Below are positions 57,040 through 64,000 of a stretch of DNA of 64,000 bases, piece by piece; the first letter of the stretch is position 1, and each line of letters starts with the position of its first letter. The stretch is taken from assembly GCA_964016885.1 (NCBI GenBank), contig OZ024743.1:67456001-67520000 (forward strand), written 5' to 3'. A model generated the notes under the pieces. That model worked only from the letters and a program-made list of their open reading frames with translations, had not been told where the DNA came from and did no database searches. A program made the position numbers and the translations under genes. The DNA is from Eledone cirrhosa (taxonomy: Eukaryota).

Positions 57040-57815
57040 ATCACAATATATATTCTAATGTTACAATATATCTGTTTTCATTTAAACATACATCTTTATC
57101 AGAAGCCTGTTGTTCTATAACCTAATTACAATATATTCCACGGTGTCAAAACAACAGACTACCAAATAAAAAACATCAACAGACACTACTTTTATTATTA
57201 TTTATTCCCAATAACTTAATGAATTTATAACCTTAAATAGTACAGCATAAAAGACAAACAAAAGACTTTTTATATGAACAGTGATACAGACAAACTATAA
57301 GTCAATGACAATGACAGACAGACAGAGAAATTGCTGGTTATATATTATAAGGAGATAAGCATTAAGAAGCACTTCTGTGCGGTTTGCATTAATCAAATCC
57401 TACTGTAAATGATATTAGTTGAAGGAAGTCTTTTGAGGAAAACAGGTAACCAACGTGCAGTGCAGCGTCGCAGTTAGAGGTTTTGATGTTTATCATACAA
57501 CCATGCCTGCACCCGACTGCAAATGGAGGCATCCACTAATGTTCAGAAGTCGTTCACGATTGTCTAAACCACAGTTCATTCCAGTGATACATGCCTAATA
57601 TATATAACCAAGATTATCTATTGTACGTGTGTATGGTCCCGTATCTCGCGACAGAGTTGTAGGGGCACCGTATTGACATGCAGCATTTTGGGTACATTTT
57701 AAACCTGGAGGAGCCCACCCCTCTCCAGGCCTGAGTACAGCATATTTCTTCCAGAGAAAGATAGAAAGTGAGAGAGAGAGGAAATGAGAAAGAAATGTAA
57801 AGGAAGAATCGACCC

Positions 57816-57963
57816 CCAATACTAGACTGGTACTTTTTTATCGACCGCGAAAGAATGAAAGGCAAAGTTGACCTCGGTGGGATTTGAACAGAGAGCGCAG
57901 GGTGCCGGAACGAACACCGCAATGTATTCTATCCGACGTCCTAATGATTCTGCTAATTCGCCA
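57816..57963 (-). mobile_element. Older SINE subfamily
   Basis: Diverged core GGTACTTTTTTATCGACCGCGAAAGAATGAAAGGCAAAGTTGACCTCGG. Confidence 0.75.
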
Positions 57964-59163
57964 TCTAAGATTATCTATAACAATTCGAAAAAAAGCGCGC
58001 AAATTTTCTTCTGACCGAAGATGGTTGTCTCTTCGTGGCATAGAAACTTTCCAAACTGGTGTTTCTTCTACTTGCTATTACAATTCCATTGTCCTCAAAA
58101 CTCCTCGTAGCTAACTCTACCTTTTGAAAATAGGGCGGTAGACAGAGTAGATTAAACAAATATTGCTACGAATTTAATTTGCTGTTCTATTGTGTTATGC
58201 CAACTCAAATTCTCAATTCTTTTATGAAAGAAAAATATAAAATTTATCTAATTATAATGACATACGATAAACTGGATTAAACTGGTTTTCCTATATTCTA
58301 GAAATGCCACTGAAATTTAATTAAAATTCCCAAATATGTATATACGAATTCCACTTTTCTTCTCATTCACAAATTTAGATTGAAAATGTTTGTTTGCTTT
58401 TCAATATAATATAATTAATTTATTGAGTGGGATATGGACTTATCAATTAATTACTTTCAATATCAGCTTGTAGTTAGAAAAAATACTGACCAAATAACTA
58501 AATGTATCATTAGCAGTATCATACTGTCGAAGACTATGCAACTGGATCTTTTTTTTGTCACAATTTCATTAAAGTAATTCTACAAATTTTTATAGACATA
58601 TTTTGTAAATTAAAATAAAAAGGCAATTTCTGCTGAAGTGTGATGTGAAAACCATCTTAACTAACTCGTTAAATTGAGATAACATTGTATTGTATAAGTT
58701 ATGTGACAGTATGCAGGATTTAACTGCCAAATCCATATTAAATCACTACTTATTGTTTTCCAAACGAAAGGAAGAGATATTACACAGAGTTTCAAGACTC
58801 CGTGCAAAGAAGACAGAGTAGATTGTTCGGATTTAAATACCTTTCATCAGAGTTCTGTACAATCGAGTTTATCTGAAGGTAAGCAACATTATAATAGCTG
58901 GGTAAATTAATTCCGAGGCTATATATATATATTTCCACCCAGCTTTATAACCTTTATTGCTTTCTCGCTCTCTGAAACACTGACCCCACACAAACACACA
59001 TACACATATACACACACACAAACACACAGAGACACAGACACACACACACAAACACACCCAGGGCGTATTTTGACTCGTTGCTAAGTATGACCTCTTTTCT
59101 CACTTTTTCAAGCATTGTTCCCTACCGGTTACCTCTGCAGTGCCTCCCTGTCATGGACTTTAA

Positions 59164-59384
59164 ACCTTTAGCATTTAAACCGGTCATATCCAGCCAAAAT
59201 TCTATCATCTCTTTTTGTTCAAACCAGCTGTAACTTGCTCCTCATACCAACATTAAGGTATTGATCTCAAAATAAATAGTATCAAAATCTCATTGATTCC
59301 ATACTATGTGAGATAATTATGTGAGCTAAAGACTTTACTGTGAAAATACAATAGTAAATATAGAGTAATGTAAATGCTAAAGGG
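59164..59384. mobile_element. piggyBac-type MITE
   Basis: TTAA flanks; TIR (A/C)CCTTTAGCATTTA / TAAATGCTAAAGGG. Confidence 0.8.
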
Positions 59385-59952
59385 TTAAGATAAATGTTAA
59401 CTCTCTTGATAACCAACCGATTGAATTTGTCTTGTATTTGTGATAGAAAACTGATCATATTAAAATGTTTATACTTATATCAAATCGTCCAATCATAATT
59501 TAATTTAAATGTTTTGTTAAGTAATCTCTAAATATCAGCGCACTAACGAAAGAACAAGTTGTTTGAATACATTCTACTAAATATTTGAATACATTGAACA
59601 TTAATTGAAACACAGGCTTGTAAGAAAGAACCGAATGCCATTGGTGGAGTCGTAGGGGTTGCATGGGTACACGTGCGGCGTTTCTTCTATATGTTAATCC
59701 TGGCAGAGACCATCACTTCCCAGATCTGAAGATATCTGATTTCTTCAGGAGAAAAGGAGGAAGAGTGATATTGAAGGAGTGAGGATGGGATATAGAAGAT
59801 GAAACAACACCGGTACTACACAAGATTCTTTCAATAGACCCGGAATGGATGGAATGCAATGTCGATCTCCGCAGGATTAGAACTTACAGCGCTGAAACCC
59901 GAAATATATATACCATTGCTTTCTATCCAACGTTCTTACGGCATTGTCGATT

Positions 59953-60142
59953 CGGGTGGATTGGCAGTATCGGTAGAGGGTCGGACACCATGCGGTGACG
60001 CTTAGAGTTACGGCCCTTGCCATTCTGAGTTCAAATCCCGCCGAAGTTAACTTTGTCTTTCATCCTTACGGGGTCGATAACATAAAGTACCAGTAATGCA
60101 CTGGGTAATTGCTGGCCTTGTTCCAAAAGTAGAAACAATTAT
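59953..60142 (+). mobile_element. Full-length SINE (older minus-strand copy at 59810-59950; tail fragment at 60260-60322)
   Basis: A box TGGCAGTATCGG, B box GAGTTCAAATCC, core and tail. Confidence 0.9.
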
Positions 60143-60966
60143 TTCATTCAAAATACTTGCGCCGACCCGAAAGCTATCATGATCATCATCATCTTCTTCT
60201 TCTTCTTCTTCTTCTTCTTCTTCTTCTTCTTCTTCTTCTTCTTCTTCTTCTTCTTCTTCTAAAATAAAATACCAGTAATGCATTGGGTAATTGCTAGCCT
60301 TGTGCCAAAAGTAGAAACATTTATTTATAACATAAGCAGTTTATTTCATTAGAAATAGGTCAATGAAAGAGTGAAACCAGCGGCTGACCTGCAGGCACTA
60401 TTGGCGATACAACGGTGTAGTCGCTAGATACGGACTTTTGATGTACCTTGTTAAAACTGATTTGACAAACATATGTGATTAAAAACTGGACAGCTGAAAA
60501 TAATAGCCTCTGGTGTGACGTGGAGTGATTAATCAGTCCGGTTCAAGTCAATAAGCAATCTATACAGGTTATCATCTATAATATTCAATAAATACCAACA
60601 TAACTATATATGTGTATGTATGTAGTTAAATAGACACATCCATATATATACATATATATTCATATAAATATATATAAATATAAACATATAGATGTACATA
60701 TATGCACGCACACATATATATGTTGTTTATACTACATATATATATGTATTATATATGTGTGTGCGTGTGTGTGTGTGTGCGCGCGCGTGTGTGTGTGTGT
60801 GTTGTGTGTGTGTAAAAGGTAAACATAAATACCAACATATATATGAGGAAAAAGATAATAAAAGAACATACCAGGTATATATATATAATGAATGTACAGA
60901 GAATTGGTGTTTAGCGAAGCTTGCTTTCTCTTACGTGTTCAAGAGAGAGAGAGAGAGAGATTGAGT

Positions 60967-61032
<66 letters not shown>

Positions 61033-61323
61033 CGTGAAGAAAAATCAACGTCAGTGTTACAGCATAAGTACAAAATTTATTTGCATATTATAATTGTTTT
61101 GATATCGTGCAGCTCAGAGTACAATCAAGATGATGAGACCCGACTGTTTTCGACATCTCGAAAGATATGCGAGTATATCTGCAAAGTCACATCTAAACTG
61201 GGTCGAAAAAGAGTCGGGCCCTGTCATCTTAGTAATATCATAAGCTGATCGATATTGAAACAATTGTAATATGCCAATAAAATGTGTAAATATACTTATT
61301 TTGATTCTTCTTAATCTACTTAC

Positions 61324-61434
61324 ACTCTGCGCACTTCAGCCGCCTTAACCTTGGAATACAACCCACACGTGAAGGACGTCGTAACGGCATTGAGTGATTC
61401 GAGCGGTGCGCCGCCGGTAACAGTAATTACACAC
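61324..61434 (-). CDS. Candidate 111-nt symmetric host exon, product unknown
   Basis: Acceptor catgttag, donor GTAAGT, length 3n, single open frame CVITVTGGAPLESLNAVTTSFTCGLYSKVKAAEVRR; GC/CpG-rich relative to its flanks. Confidence 0.55.
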
Positions 61435-61480
61435 CTAACATGCACACACACACATACACACGCGCACACACACACACACG

Positions 61481-61524
<44 letters not shown>

Positions 61525-61805
61525 CGTATTTCTCTCTATCTCTTTCCCCTTCTCCCTGTATGTATATATATATATGAATACACACCTTCACACACAGACA
61601 TTCATATATGTGTATATATGTAGCACTAACAAACAGAGAGATAAATAGAATATATCATATATATGTGTGTGTTTGTGTGTGTGTATGTGTGTATATGCAT
61701 GTGTAAATGTCAGTAAGTTTATATATAAATTTATTTAAACATACAAGAAATCACTCTAACAATCATGTTACAGCGATCTACACATACACACAAGGATGGC
61801 TGTAT

Positions 61806-62285
61806 GTACACACACATACTCTCACACACATACTCTCACACACACACGCACTCACACACGTACTCACACACACGCACACGCACTCACACACGTACTAACA
61901 CACACACACAGAGTCACACATACACACTCACATACACTCTCACACACATACTCACATACACACTCACACATAATCACACACACACTCACATACACACTCA
62001 AACACACACATACACACACTCACACACTCACTCACACACACACACACTCACATACACACTCACACACACACTCACACACTCACACACATGCACTTACACA
62101 CACACACATCACACATACACATACATACACTCACACACATACTCACACACACACTCACACACTCACACACACACTCACACACATATATACACTCACACAC
62201 ACTCACCCACACACACATACATACACACACACTCATACACAATCACACACACACTCACACATACACTCACACATACACTCACATA
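61806..62285. repeat. Degenerate (CA)n/(CACT)n simple repeat
   Basis: Direct reading. Confidence 0.92.
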
Positions 62286-63349
62286 TTCTAAGGGCTTTAA
62301 CGTGTGACGAAGTCTAAAATACAAAATGTTTTCCAGTATAATACATTATCTTCTCTCAATTGGTGGTACCAATGTAGATTTCTAACACTGTGACAAGGCC
62401 ACACACAGTTTCTATAACAGCAGTAGTGGAGTATAGAACATTGCACTTACTCTTCATTAATAAAGGGAAAAAAAGTTTGTAAAATATTCCAGAAATTCAG
62501 TATATAATAACTGCATGTACATACGTATAGGTATAGGCATATATATACGCTCGGGTCCCAAATATTGTTGGGGAGAGGAATCTGTTTGGAATAAGCGGGA
62601 GTTGGTGGAGTTGGATATTTGCTTAAATTCTTTTAAGTGTTGGGTGGTGGAATAAACGGTGTGGGGGATCGGTAATTGTTAGTGTATGTTCGTAAATATG
62701 GGATTTCTCGTAATGTTCTTTGGTCATATATAACGTGGCCTTAATGTAAAATAAAATTATTATTAGATTCTTCAGATGATGTATCGATATGAATCACTTA
62801 CAATAAAACTTCACCGGATATAGATTAGCAACATTTGATAAGCGTGGTGGGGGGATAAAGCGGGGTTATTGGAAAACAATCTGAAAAATTAATAAGCGGT
62901 GGAGGGAAACTTGTTAAAAACCTGAGATTATGTGCATGTATAACTCAAAACAGACAGATCTTCACATGCAAAAACACATACAGACGTACAGAATTTCCTT
63001 TTATATGCTGTCTAAATTCCAAAGAAAGAGTCTCATATCTGTTTTATAAACCTGACGTTGCTCTATTTGTGAGAAATTAATAACAAACACAAAGCCAGTA
63101 TAAAATCATACATTCAAACATACATAATGGCTGCAACTGGATTTCGGACGCGGCTTTTTAGTCTTCCTAGGGACTTGCATTTGGCCAGCAATACCATGCA
63201 TCGAACAAATATCACACATCAAGCGATATGTGCTTGAAGATATTTTAAGTGAGAAAGGACTATGCACGGAGCCAATCGATTGCATTTGCCAAAAATAATA
63301 ATTGGTCTACATCATTGGATGCAAATTAAGTCGCAGTACAACTTATGCA

Positions 63350-64000
63350 TAGTCGGGTCATCGGCGACCAAGCGGCAACCCCACCAAGCTTGCTTGGTGG
63401 GGTGGGTGATAGTTAGACACCCTGCAGAATGAAAAACAATACCCGTCAAATGTCGGAGGAATTTAGGAGTCATCGGCCATTTTATTTTTATTTTGAGCCA
63501 GAGACTCCTAGTCTTCATTAAGACATCTCTCTAGTAGAAGGTCACATACATGCATACATATATACATCCATATGGTGGCTACCAACTCGTTTTCGAGTGC
63601 GGCCACTACATTATATCCATGTAGGAGAACCCCTGCCGATGCGCTGAACGAGTGTGACATTTTAGACCAACCAGCGACTTGAAAACTCTGGTACAAACAC
63701 TACACTTATGACAATTATTGACACATAGTACTGGTACTATGGTACCATGTGACGACAAGTGCAGAGAGATCTCCAGATATAAAGAAATGCCTGTGCCGTG
63801 AAGCTTTTATAGTGAGCAAAGGCACTGCACAAAGCCAGTCCCACTCTCTTAACCAAGATGATATTTACCAAAAAGAAGAACAAGTCAACATCATTGGATA
63901 CCATCAGGGTTGCAGGTGTTATATCAGAGTTTTCCTTCTCCTAGAATTCTGCCTTGACAAAGACTAAGGGGTCATCTCTCCCGGTGATTTTGGATGGCCA
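63350..64000. mobile_element. Two copies of the 3520-4131 family (63350-63542 plus; 63570-64000 minus, running off the window)
   Basis: ORF 63749-63967 is nearly identical to 3738-3977 in the opposite orientation. Confidence 0.8.

Noticed and set aside
57450-57595. Exon-like GC-richer island
   Set aside because: All three minus-strand frames from the apparent acceptor hit stops; no convincing donor.
62545-62930. Possible old MITE with AATAAGCGG repeats
   Set aside because: Terminal inverted repeats are too degenerate to define.

Overview
AT-rich, microsatellite-saturated animal genomic DNA, most likely intronic or intergenic sequence of an octopod cephalopod (inferred from the tRNA-head/Meta-domain SINE and the TTAA-flanked MITE; not proven). 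No intact protein-coding gene is present. Nearly all track ORFs are (TA)n/(CA)n/(GA)n artefacts; the real coding remnants come from transposons: six decayed Penelope-like element (PLE) fragments, RTE, Tx1 and CRE-like LINE ends, a Tc1/mariner remnant, Helitrons and MITEs. Three candidate host exons lie on the minus strand. The dominant hidden signal is RNA structure. By manual reading I count roughly 45 complete, degenerate or half type-I hammerhead ribozyme (HHR) motifs from more than 12 sequence families, nearly all in 100-600 bp non-coding units sitting in (TA)n tracts. Many units are fold-back duplications whose symmetry axis falls on HHR stem II. Several families use a compensatory U3:A8 core (TTGANAA instead of CTGANGA). 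Three loci are head-to-tail repeats with one HHR per 318, 487 or 526 nt unit (retrozyme/circRNA candidates). All folds were read by eye and none has been tested.
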